NCBI GenBank assembly: GCA_020632515.1
Contig: JACKFK010000004.1
Coordinates: 192,068-256,067, forward strand
Length of the DNA stretch: 64,000 nucleotides
Direction: 5' to 3'
Source: Candidatus Omnitrophota bacterium
Lineage (GTDB): Bacteria; Omnitrophota; Gorgyraeia; Zapsychrales; Zapsychraceae
A program made the translations under genes and the position numbers. The number at the start of each line of letters is the position of its first letter. Within the stretch, counting starts at the first letter, position 1. The notes below the pieces were generated by a model. The model ran no database searches. It saw only the letters and a program-made list of their open reading frames with translations, and was not told where the DNA came from. Positions 36,738-44,943 of the stretch are shown here, in pieces.

Positions 36738-36850
36738 AAGTCGCAAAGTCACCGTGTCAGCTTTCAGCTATCAGTCTTCAGCGATCAGAAAACCACAAAC
36801 AAACCTCCGAGGTTTGTTTGTGGTTAAGAACCGAATAACTGACTTACTAT
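36738..36850 (+). repeat. intergenic repeat mosaic S10
   Basis: GTCGCAAAGTCAC, CAGNNNT heptamers, the 31-nt palindrome and TTAAGAACCGAATAACTGAC. Confidence 0.9.
36793..36823 (+). repeat. 31-nt palindromic hairpin element, copy c
   Basis: CCACAAACAAACCT-CCG-AGGTTTGTTTGTGG, a perfect 14-bp stem. Confidence 0.85.
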
Positions 36851-37894
36851 ATGAATAAAAACGCACGCATTTACATTGCCGGCCATCGCGGGATGGTGGG
36901 CTCAGCGATCACACGCAAATTAGAAGCCGAAGGCTATACGAATCTGCTTAAGCGCACGCATAAAGAATTGGATTTAACGCGCCAGCAAGAGACTGAAGAT
37001 TTCTTCGCGCGGGAAAAGCCGGAGTATGTTTTTATTGCGGCCGCCCGTGTGGGCGGGATTATGGCCAACAGCACGTATAAGGCGGACTTTATTTATCAGA
37101 ACATCATGATCGCGGCCAATATCATTGAAGCCTCACGTAAGTTCGGTGTAAAAAAACTTTTAAATCTTGGCTCGACGTGCATTTATCCTAAGCTGGCGCC
37201 GCAGCCGTTAAAAGAAGAATCTCTGCTGACCGGTCCGTTAGAACCGACCAACGATGCGTATGCCGTGGCCAAGATCAGCGCGATCCGCTTGTGTCGGCAT
37301 TATAATGAACAGCATGGCACCAATTTTATTTCCGCGATGCCGACGAATCTTTATGGGCCTAATGATAATTATGATCTGTTTGCGTCACATGTATTGCCGG
37401 CCATGATCCGTAAATTTTATTTAGCCAAAAAATTGGCAGAGAATGATTTCACTGCCATTGCCAACGATTTTAAAAAACGAGGGTCATTAATTAAGGAAGG
37501 TCAGACAGAGTTGTCGAAAAAGGAGGTTGTGCCGGCACTTGCAAGTTTTGGGATTCGCGCGGATTCCGTCACATTATGGGGGACAGGTTCACCCTACCGG
37601 GAATTTCTTCATGCCGATGATTTAGCCCAGGCGTGTTTATTTTTGCTGCTCAACTGCGATGCTAAAGATATTGGGGAATTTGTCAATGTTGGCAGCGGTC
37701 AAGAGCATACCATCAAAGAAATAGCCGTCATGGTTAAAGACATTGTTGGGTTTTCCGGGGAAATCACCTGGGATACATCCAAACCTGACGGCACCCCGCG
37801 TAAAATCAGCGACGTTTCCCGCATTAACAAACTCGGCTGGCGCAGCACTATTGACCTTAAGACTGGGATTGAAAGCGTTGTTCGAGAGTTGTAA
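36851..37894 (+). CDS. fcl: GDP-L-fucose synthase (GDP-4-keto-6-deoxymannose 3,5-epimerase/4-reductase)
   Basis: RIYIAGHRGMVGSAI...FIAAARVGGIMAN...YAVAKI...PTNLYGPNDNY. About 25 aa of insertion relative to typical Fcl. Confidence 0.9.
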   Translation: MNKNARIYIAGHRGMVGSAITRKLEAEGYTNLLKRTHKELDLTRQQETEDFFAREKPEYVFIAAARVGGIMANSTYKADFIYQNIMIAANIIEASRKFGVKKLLNLGSTCIYPKLAPQPLKEESLLTGPLEPTNDAYAVAKISAIRLCRHYNEQHGTNFISAMPTNLYGPNDNYDLFASHVLPAMIRKFYLAKKLAENDFTAIANDFKKRGSLIKEGQTELSKKEVVPALASFGIRADSVTLWGTGSPYREFLHADDLAQACLFLLLNCDAKDIGEFVNVGSGQEHTIKEIAVMVKDIVGFSGEITWDTSKPDGTPRKISDVSRINKLGWRSTIDLKTGIESVVREL

Positions 37895-37898
37895 GAGT

Positions 37899-37931
37899 AA
37901 CCGATTCAACTTCGTAAGTTGAACTAGGTTT
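37899..37931 (+). repeat. 33-nt hairpin motif, copy 3 (mosaic S11)
   Basis: AACCGATTCAACTTCGTAAGTTGAACTAGGTTT lies 4 nt after the fcl stop. Confidence 0.85.
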
Positions 37932-37939
37932 GCGCTTAG

Positions 37940-37968
37940 TTGACATGTCGTATAAAATAATGTATATT
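37940..37968 (+). promoter_or_regulatory. sigma70-type promoter of AAA+ ATPase 3 (leaderless or near-leaderless mRNA)
   Basis: TTGACA-17 nt-TATATT. The -10 box ends 5 nt before ATG 37974 and 8 nt before ATG 37977. Confidence 0.65.
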
Positions 37969-37973
37969 TTACG

Positions 37974-39233
37974 ATGATGAGCGATAATTTACATAAATAT
38001 AGGAGTTTGACAGCGTTTTTACCTGATCTTAAGCGTAAGGGACTGATTTTATTAACAGGAGCGCGGCAGACTGGAAAAACAACCTTGGCTAAGAAGCATT
38101 ATAAGGGGTTACGCTATATTAATTTGGACGCGCCGGAAAATCGGGAAGTGCTTAAGGCGGTAGCGTCAGCGAATTGGAGCCGGGATATTGGTCCTGCGGT
38201 TATTGATGAAGCGCAAAAAGAGCCTGAAATCTTTGAAAAAATAAAATATGCTTTTGATGCTCAAGGGATTTCAACCAGTGTTCTATTAGGGTCAAGTCAG
38301 ATTTTATTGATCAAGAAAATCCGGGAATCTTTGGCTGGTCGGATCAGTATTTATGAAATCTGGCCGCTAATGCTGTCGGAGTTATTCGCTACAGGGCAGA
38401 ACGATTATCAAAACCCTTTGTGCGACCAGCTGCTTTCGGCCGCGGATGTGAATGATGTATTGGCAAATATTCCAGCTGTCTTGCTTGAGACAGAAAATTT
38501 AAAACGCCGGGAAGCGCAGGAACATCTTTTTTGCTGGGGAGGCATGCCCGCATTGCTGCATCTGCCGCCGCAAGAGCGTTTTAAATGGTTAAAAGATTAT
38601 GAATATACCTATCTGGAGCGGGATCTTGGCGATTTAGCCCGATTGGATGATTTAGAACCGTTTCGTAAATTTCAAAAACTTTCCGCGTTGCGTTCAGCGC
38701 AATTGTTAAGTTACGCGGAGATTGCCAGAGACGCCGGGATCAGCGTGGACACAGCCCGACGGTATTTGGAATATTTGAGGTTGTCATATCAGGTTATTTT
38801 GCTGCAGCCGTATCATTCAAATTTAACCAGTTCTGTGGTTAAGACACCGAAATTATATTGGCTGGATATTGGTTTGTTAAGACAGTTAAGCGGTAATAAA
38901 GAAGGTCGTGAAGGTGGTTTATATGAAACAATGGTGGTCGCAGAGATTGTTAAATGGATTAAAACAGCGCAGCGGGAATGTGAAATTTATTTTTACCGGA
39001 CCCGGGCCGGGATGGAAGTGGATGTTTTGCTTCAGACCGCCAAGGGTGTTATAGGTGTGGAAATTAAAAGCCGGGATCGATTAGCCGCGAAAGACACCAC
39101 CGGGCTTAAAGCTATCGCGAAGAAATTGGGAGCAAAGTGGAAAGCCGGGATTGTTCTTTATAATGGAGATGAAATTAGGAAAATCGAAGAGCCGGATATT
39201 TGGGCGGTTCCCAGTCATCGGTTTTTTGGTTAG
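37974..39233 (+). CDS. AAA+ ATPase, COG1373 type, paralog 3
   Basis: Walker A GARQTGKTTLAKK, Walker B AVIDEAQK, and ESLAGRISIYEIWPL. The start may be the second ATG (37977). Confidence 0.8.
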   Translation: MMSDNLHKYRSLTAFLPDLKRKGLILLTGARQTGKTTLAKKHYKGLRYINLDAPENREVLKAVASANWSRDIGPAVIDEAQKEPEIFEKIKYAFDAQGISTSVLLGSSQILLIKKIRESLAGRISIYEIWPLMLSELFATGQNDYQNPLCDQLLSAADVNDVLANIPAVLLETENLKRREAQEHLFCWGGMPALLHLPPQERFKWLKDYEYTYLERDLGDLARLDDLEPFRKFQKLSALRSAQLLSYAEIARDAGISVDTARRYLEYLRLSYQVILLQPYHSNLTSSVVKTPKLYWLDIGLLRQLSGNKEGREGGLYETMVVAEIVKWIKTAQRECEIYFYRTRAGMEVDVLLQTAKGVIGVEIKSRDRLAAKDTTGLKAIAKKLGAKWKAGIVLYNGDEIRKIEEPDIWAVPSHRFFG

Positions 39234-39565
39234 TATTTCAGTCTTCGGTCGCCAGGAGAGATCAAGTCGCAAAGTCGCAAAGTCACAAGGTCACAAGGTC
39301 ACAAGGTCACAAGGTCACAAAGTTTCCAGATTTCAAATACGGTGGCTTTGTGACTATCAGCCATCAGCGTTCAGCTATCAGCTATCAGAAGAAAAAAATC
39401 TGATCGCTGAAATCTGAAAGCTGACGACTGAAAGCTAAGAGCTGGATAAGTGACATGGTGACATTGTGACTTTTTCACGGTGACTTTGTGACTAGAGGAT
39501 TAGATTTGGATTGATGTGACTTTGTGACTTGTTGAAAGCTAGGAGTCGGATAACTGACTTTACCC
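39234..39565 (+). repeat. intergenic repeat mosaic S12
   Basis: Degenerate CCAGGAGAG hairpin and seven 8-mers (39266-39321). A heptamer array holds a second intact IS-target-like site (CATCAGCGTTCAG|CTATCAG, junction 39374/39375). An A-rich centre is followed by inverse heptamers and a GTGAC-box unit. Confidence 0.9.
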
Positions 39566-39594
39566 TTGTCTAATGAGCGTTAATAGTGTATAAT
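39566..39594 (+). promoter_or_regulatory. sigma70-type promoter of abiEi-abiEii
   Basis: TTGTCT-17 nt-TATAAT. Confidence 0.6.
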
Positions 39595-39602
39595 TTCAGT
39601 AT

Positions 39603-39621
39603 ACTGTCAAAATATGACAGT
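39603..39621. promoter_or_regulatory. palindromic operator candidate (AbiEi autoregulation)
   Basis: ACTGTCA-aaata-TGACAGT lies just downstream of the -10 box. A further TGACAG half-site is at 39644-39649. Confidence 0.45.
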
Positions 39622-39634
39622 TTTATGAAAAAAT

Positions 39635-40267
39635 ATGAAAGTTTTGACAGAGCTAATTTTAGATAATTATAAAAGTGATATTCTAACCACTGCAGATGTG
39701 GTCACTTTGTCTAAAGGGTCTTCGGATCGACGTTACGGTCTGGTTAAGCGGGCTTTGGCGGCAGAGGAGATTATCCAAATTCGAAGAGGCCTGTACTATT
39801 TAGCAAAGAAGTATCAGCGTGGGCCAATGAATTTGTTTGCTTTAGCCCAGAGAATCTATGGACCGTCATATATTAGTTTTGAATCGGCTTTATCGTATCA
39901 TGGCTGGATTCCGGAGGCTGTTTATCTTACGGCGAGTGCCAGTATTCGTAAAGCAATAAGATACACAACCCCGTTAGGGATTTTTGATTATAAGCGGATT
40001 CCTTGCGCAGATTTTTTCTATGAGGTTAATCGGATTCAAAATGAAGCAGAGGATATTTTTTTTATGGCTTCACCGATTAGAGCTTTGGTTGACTATATTT
40101 ATGTTTATAAAAAAGATTGGCCGGATTTAAAGGCTATTGCGCAAGACTTGAGAATTGAACCGGAAAATTTTAATGAAATTAAAAAAGAAGCATTGCAAGG
40201 TTTTAAGGAAAATTTTAAAAGCCGCAGAGTTAAACGGTTTATTAAGATGCTGGAAGGGAACGTTTGA
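39635..40267 (+). CDS. abiEi: AbiEi-family antitoxin / transcriptional regulator
   Basis: N-terminal wHTH-like LTTADVVTLSKGSSDRRYGLVKRALAAEEIIQIRRGLYYL. Overlaps the downstream AbiEii gene by 4 nt. Confidence 0.75.
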   Translation: MKVLTELILDNYKSDILTTADVVTLSKGSSDRRYGLVKRALAAEEIIQIRRGLYYLAKKYQRGPMNLFALAQRIYGPSYISFESALSYHGWIPEAVYLTASASIRKAIRYTTPLGIFDYKRIPCADFFYEVNRIQNEAEDIFFMASPIRALVDYIYVYKKDWPDLKAIAQDLRIEPENFNEIKKEALQGFKENFKSRRVKRFIKMLEGNV

Positions 40268-41133
40268 GCGTCAAAATTATTCAAGAACGTTTAAATCTTT
40301 ATCAATGCGCTTCCGTGCAGGAAGAAGCTCAAGCTTTACGGGAAATAACCCAGGAAGTAGCATTGGCTGCGCTCGCGCGAACGGATTTTTTTAAGTATGC
40401 AGCGTTTCATGGAGGAACCTGTTTGCGGATTCTTTACGGGCTTAACCGGTTTTCAGAAGATCTAGATTTTACGCTAAAGCAGCCTGACAACGGTTTTCAA
40501 GTTGAATCATATATTAGTAATTTAGCTGTTGAATTTAAAGCTTTTGGTTTTGAGTTGGAGGTGATCGATCGTTCAGAAGCAGAACTTCCCGTAAAAAAAG
40601 TATTTCTAAAGGATAATTCAATCGGGAAAGTATTAAAATTAAAACATTTAAAAAGTGACCGCTCGGAAAAGAAGATCAAGATTAAACTAGAGATTGATAC
40701 TAATCCGCCGGATCATGCCGGATACGAAAGTAAAATGGTTGATTTCCCTTTTATTTTTTCACTTACGGCATTGGATCGAAGTAGTTTATTTGCCGGTAAG
40801 ATCCATGCGCTGCTTTCACGGATTTATGTTAAAGGACGTGATTGGTATGATTTTCTGTGGTATCTCCGTAATAAAGATTTCATCAATCTTAAATATCTGT
40901 CCAGTGCTTTAGATCAGCAGGGGCCATGGCAGGGACAGAAATTAACGGTTGATCAGAATTGGGTTGTAGAAGCGTTGACGGAAAAAATCAAAAATCTGGA
41001 TTGGGATAATGCGATTAAAGATGTGCTTAAATTTATTAAACCGTTAGAAGTTAAATCTGTGGAGCTGTGGAATAAAGAGCTGTTTTTAGCACAGTTAGAG
41101 AAATATCTAAAAGAGAAAAAAGATCACAACTGA
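40264..41133 (+). CDS. abiEii: AbiEii/AbiGii-family nucleotidyltransferase toxin
   Basis: FHGGTCLRILYGLNRFSEDLDF NTase motif. TTG start overlaps the abiEi stop. Confidence 0.85.
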   Translation: MSVKIIQERLNLYQCASVQEEAQALREITQEVALAALARTDFFKYAAFHGGTCLRILYGLNRFSEDLDFTLKQPDNGFQVESYISNLAVEFKAFGFELEVIDRSEAELPVKKVFLKDNSIGKVLKLKHLKSDRSEKKIKIKLEIDTNPPDHAGYESKMVDFPFIFSLTALDRSSLFAGKIHALLSRIYVKGRDWYDFLWYLRNKDFINLKYLSSALDQQGPWQGQKLTVDQNWVVEALTEKIKNLDWDNAIKDVLKFIKPLEVKSVELWNKELFLAQLEKYLKEKKDHN

Positions 41134-41773
41134 CAATACGGTGGCTTTGTGACTATCAGCCATCAGCGTTCAGTCATCAGCCATCAGAAGAAAAAAATCT
41201 GATCGCTGAAATCTGAAGACTGAAAGCTAAGAGCCGGGCAACTGATGCGGCGACATTGTGACTTTCTGAAAGCTGACGACTGAAAGCTGAAAGCTACACG
41301 CCGGATAACTGACACAGTGACTTTTAATCCTTTTTTAACCATCTCTTAATGTAAGGTTTGATAGGGTAATTGGTTGCCTGGACAAACCCGGACAGTCTGG
41401 GTTAGATATATTGATCTTTAAAGTAATTATGATATTATTTATCGTCGAGAAACAAAAGGGGGGCCAGTACTGGTCACTGGAGACTTGAGACTGGCGACTG
41501 ACAATACGGTGACCTTGTGATCTTGTGACTTTTTGACGCACCGGACAACTGACATAGTGACGTTGCGACATTGTGACTTTATGACAACTAATAGAAATTA
41601 TTTAAAGGTAGTTTAACACAATAAGAATTAATTAGAGTTAACAGTTTGAGATAAATAAAAGTAAAAAGAGTTAATTCAAATTAAGTTAAACCAATTTGTA
41701 GATTAAATTGATGAGGATAAGAAATTAGAGACAGACACGGTGACTTTGCAACATTGTGACCTTGTGACTTGTT
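41134..41773 (+). repeat. intergenic repeat mosaic S13 plus unique AT-rich segments (largest gap, 640 bp)
   Basis: Contains heptamer/inverse-heptamer palindrome, GTGAC boxes and a CCAGTACTGG module. Unique segments are 41335-41460 and an AT-rich stretch at 41580-41745 with 4 x AGTT(T)AAY. The minus-strand ORF 41335..41571 runs through repeats and is not believed. Confidence 0.85.
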
Positions 41774-42718
41774 ATGAAAACAATCTTACTCACCGGCGCT
41801 GCCGGATTTATCGGACATAAAACCGCGGAATTTCTTTGTCAGAAAGAATACAAAGTAATCGGCATTGATAACCTTAATGACTATTACGATGTGAATCTTA
41901 AGAAATCCCGGCTTAAACAATTAAAAGCGAATAAAAATTTCACTTTTTATAAGCTGGACATTGAAAATTTAAACGCGCTAAAAAAACTGTTTAAACAATA
42001 CCGGTTTACTGCGGTCATTAATCTGGCGGCACGCGCCGGGGTTCGCTACAGCATGGTTAATCCGTTTGTATATTTTACGACAAACGCCAATGGCACATTA
42101 AACCTGCTGGAGCTGTGTAAGGATTTTAAAGTAAAGAAATTTGTTTTGGCGTCGACGTCATCACTTTATGCCGGACAGAAAATGCCGTTTAAAGAAAATC
42201 TGGCCGTGAATACGCCCATTTCCAGTTACGCGGCCAGTAAAAAAGCGGCTGAGGTAACAGCGTATACGTATCATTATCTTTATGGCATTGATGTTACGGT
42301 CTTGCGGTATTTCACCGTCTATGGCCCGGGCGGACGGCCGGATATGAGTGTGGATCGTTTTATTAAATGGATCGATCAGGGAAAACCTATTCAGCTTTAT
42401 GGCGACGGTACCCAGGCGCGGGATTTTACCTATGTAGATGACATTGCCCGGGGAACGATCAAAGCGTTAAAAAAAGTGGGATTTAAAATTATTAACTTAG
42501 GCGGAGGCAATAAACCGTACACGTTGAAGTTTCTAATTCAATTAATTGAACAGAATTTAGGGAAGAAAGCAAAAATTAAACAACATCCTTTTGTAAAAAC
42601 CGACATGAAAGCCACTTGGGCTGATATCCGTGAAGCTAAGAAAGTGCTAGGTTGGCAGCCGACGGTGAATTTAAAAGAAGGCATAAAGAAATCAATTGAT
42701 TGGTATCAGAGTTATTGA
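41774..42718 (+). CDS. NAD-dependent epimerase/dehydratase, UDP-glucuronate 4-epimerase-like
   Basis: ILLTGAAGFIGHKTAEFL...VIGIDNLNDYYDVNLKKSRL, with the STSSLYG and YAASKKA catalytic motif. Confidence 0.8.
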   Translation: MKTILLTGAAGFIGHKTAEFLCQKEYKVIGIDNLNDYYDVNLKKSRLKQLKANKNFTFYKLDIENLNALKKLFKQYRFTAVINLAARAGVRYSMVNPFVYFTTNANGTLNLLELCKDFKVKKFVLASTSSLYAGQKMPFKENLAVNTPISSYAASKKAAEVTAYTYHYLYGIDVTVLRYFTVYGPGGRPDMSVDRFIKWIDQGKPIQLYGDGTQARDFTYVDDIARGTIKALKKVGFKIINLGGGNKPYTLKFLIQLIEQNLGKKAKIKQHPFVKTDMKATWADIREAKKVLGWQPTVNLKEGIKKSIDWYQSY

Positions 42719-42861
42719 TGAGAGGAATTAAATTAATCATTGTATATATCAGTATAGTAGTTTTTAGTATAAATAATGATTATTCTTAAATATTTATTTT
42801 TTGTGGGAAGCTTTTAATAATAAAAAATAAAGTAGATGACTTTCTAAAATATGAGACATAC

Positions 42862-43443
42862 ATGAATAAATTACAATTATTAATATTTAGATTATTTGTA
42901 AATATAGGAATTCTTTTTTATCGAGATATATGGGTGCTAAAAGATAAGATTAATTGTTTGTCTGCTAGTTATAAAAAAAGATTATTGATTTGCATTTTTG
43001 AAAAACATTTGGGAAAAAGGGGGAGTTGGATTGGATATGAGACAAAATTTTCTAATACACCATGTTTTCCGCATGGTATATGTGGAATTTTTATTTCAGG
43101 GGGAGTTGTAATAGGTAAGAATTGTGTTATATTTCAACATGTTACTATTGGTTCGAATACATTATACGATTCAAAAACAAAAGGATTTCCTACAATAGGG
43201 GATAATTGTTATATAGGAGCCGGAGCAAAAATAATTGGTAATATAAAAATTGGAAATAATTGTAGAATTGGGGCAAATTGTGTGGTCTATCAAAATTTGA
43301 ACGATAATACTTGTGCAGTTTCCCAACCAACTCGATTAATTGTTAAAGAACACTTAAATAATAGATATTATTCTAAACGTAATAATAAGTGGTGCTTTTT
43401 TCAAGATGGAAAATGGATTGAGGATCCAATGTATCAGTTGTAA
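42862..43443 (+). CDS. left-handed beta-helix (hexapeptide-repeat) O-acetyltransferase
   Basis: GIFISGGVVIGKNCVIFQHVTIGS...PTIGDNCYIGAGAKIIGNIKIGNNCRIGANCVV. Confidence 0.8.
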   Translation: MNKLQLLIFRLFVNIGILFYRDIWVLKDKINCLSASYKKRLLICIFEKHLGKRGSWIGYETKFSNTPCFPHGICGIFISGGVVIGKNCVIFQHVTIGSNTLYDSKTKGFPTIGDNCYIGAGAKIIGNIKIGNNCRIGANCVVYQNLNDNTCAVSQPTRLIVKEHLNNRYYSKRNNKWCFFQDGKWIEDPMYQL

Positions 43444-43491
43444 TGAAGGTAAAGGAAATTTAGATTGATTTAATATTAAAAAATAAATTTT

Positions 43492-44943
43492 ATGACATAT
43501 AAAAGTAGAATTTTTTCTTCTATAAGATGGTCTGGTCTATTATCAGGATCGTCAATTATTATTGAATTTTTAAAATATGCAATTCTAGCTCGTTTACTTG
43601 ATCCAAAAGATTTTGGATTAGTGAGTATGGTAAGTGTTGTTATAGGATTTGCTTTGGCTTATACCGATGTTGGGATATCTACAGCTCTTATTCATTTTCA
43701 AAATGTTACTAAAAGGGAACTTTCCAGTCTTTATTGGATGAATATATTTTGTGGTATATTTATTTTTTTATTGATCCAAATAATTGTTCCGGGAATTGCC
43801 TATTTTTATAATGAAGAAGATATAAAACCTTTGATTAGAATTGCTAGTTTTGCATTCTTGATAATACCTTTTGGGCAACAATTTCGAACGTTACTAAAGA
43901 AGGAATTGAAATTTAAAGTTCTTTCTAAGATTGAATTTATTGCAGCTTTTGTGGGATTATGTGTTTGTATTGTTTCTGCTTTTTTACATTATGGGCCTTT
44001 TTCATTAATTTTGGGAGCTTTAGCAAAAGTTTGTACTGATACAATGATTATTTTATTCATTTCGTGGAAAGAAATCGATTTAAATTTTCACTTTTCCCTA
44101 TCAGAAATTAAAAAATATTTACGTTTTGGTTTTTGGCAATTGGGTGAAAGAAGTTTAATTTTTGTTTCAGCTAATATCGATTATTTGTTAGTTGGACGAT
44201 ATTTAGGACCAAAAATATTGGGATTTTATACCTTAGCTTATCAATTAATTGTTAAACCTTTTTTAACAATTAATCCGATTTTGACTCAGGTAGCTTTTCC
44301 AGTATTTTCGAGAAATCAAAAGGATAATAAAGTATTACAGAATGGATATTTAAAAATAATAAAGTTGCTCGCTATCATAGTTTTTCCAATAGTGATTTGT
44401 ATTTCGATTCTTTCACCAATCATTGTTCCTTTGATTTATGGGCCAAATTGGGAAGTATCAATCATCATAATTCAAATATTATTACCAGTTGGAATTTTTA
44501 AAGCTTTAGGAAATCCTTCTGGGAGTATTATTCTAGCTAAAGGTCGACCAGACATTGGTTTTAAATGGAATTTGTTTGTGTTATCCATGAATTTTATTGT
44601 CTTTTCTATTGCTGTAAGGATTGGGATTGTGCAAATGGCATATGCGTGGAATATTTTAAGTTTTTTATATTTTTTTATAATTCAATTCATTATTTATTAC
44701 CTTATTAATCTCAGGCTTAATGTTTTTTTAAGTTTTATCAAAGTTCCAATTTTATTAAATTTGGTTCTAGGGGTTATGTTGTATAGTGTTCTGCAGAATT
44801 TTATCAATCAGGCAATAAATTTATCTACCCTTTCATTATTTTTAGCAACAATAGCAGGTGGATATGTTTTATTATTGTATGTTTTTGAGAAGGAATTTAT
44901 CAATTATTTATTAATTCATTTGTTTAAAATCAAGAAAGTATAA
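43492..44943 (+). CDS. wzx: Wzx-type polysaccharide flippase (second copy)
   Basis: Polytopic MOP-family layout. ...LKYAILARLLDPKDFGLVSMV... is typical of lipopolysaccharide/EPS flippases. Confidence 0.8.
   Translation: MTYKSRIFSSIRWSGLLSGSSIIIEFLKYAILARLLDPKDFGLVSMVSVVIGFALAYTDVGISTALIHFQNVTKRELSSLYWMNIFCGIFIFLLIQIIVPGIAYFYNEEDIKPLIRIASFAFLIIPFGQQFRTLLKKELKFKVLSKIEFIAAFVGLCVCIVSAFLHYGPFSLILGALAKVCTDTMIILFISWKEIDLNFHFSLSEIKKYLRFGFWQLGERSLIFVSANIDYLLVGRYLGPKILGFYTLAYQLIVKPFLTINPILTQVAFPVFSRNQKDNKVLQNGYLKIIKLLAIIVFPIVICISILSPIIVPLIYGPNWEVSIIIIQILLPVGIFKALGNPSGSIILAKGRPDIGFKWNLFVLSMNFIVFSIAVRIGIVQMAYAWNILSFLYFFIIQFIIYYLINLRLNVFLSFIKVPILLNLVLGVMLYSVLQNFINQAINLSTLSLFLATIAGGYVLLLYVFEKEFINYLLIHLFKIKKV

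Noticed and set aside
20676-41773. Integron-like cassette array: single co-directional ORFs or TA pairs, each followed by an imperfect palindromic repeat. GTTAAGT at some gene ends fits the attC core GTTRRRY.
   Set aside because: There is no intI or attI in the window. The GTTAAGT strings sit at the stop-codon-proximal side, where an attC would have RYYYAAC, and no paired R''/R' core sites flank the gaps. The gaps are built of tandem 7- and 8-mers rather than a single attC bulged hairpin. Many units are core sugar-nucleotide genes (gmd, fcl, wecB). It remains worth excluding with an attC covariance model (IntegronFinder).
20676-41773. Identity of the heptamer arrays with cyanobacterial STRR repeats, implying a cyanobacterial origin.
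   Set aside because: The heptamer sequences differ from STRR1-3. I find no HIP1 (GCGATCGC) octamers, which are very frequent in those genomes. Only the formal analogy is kept.
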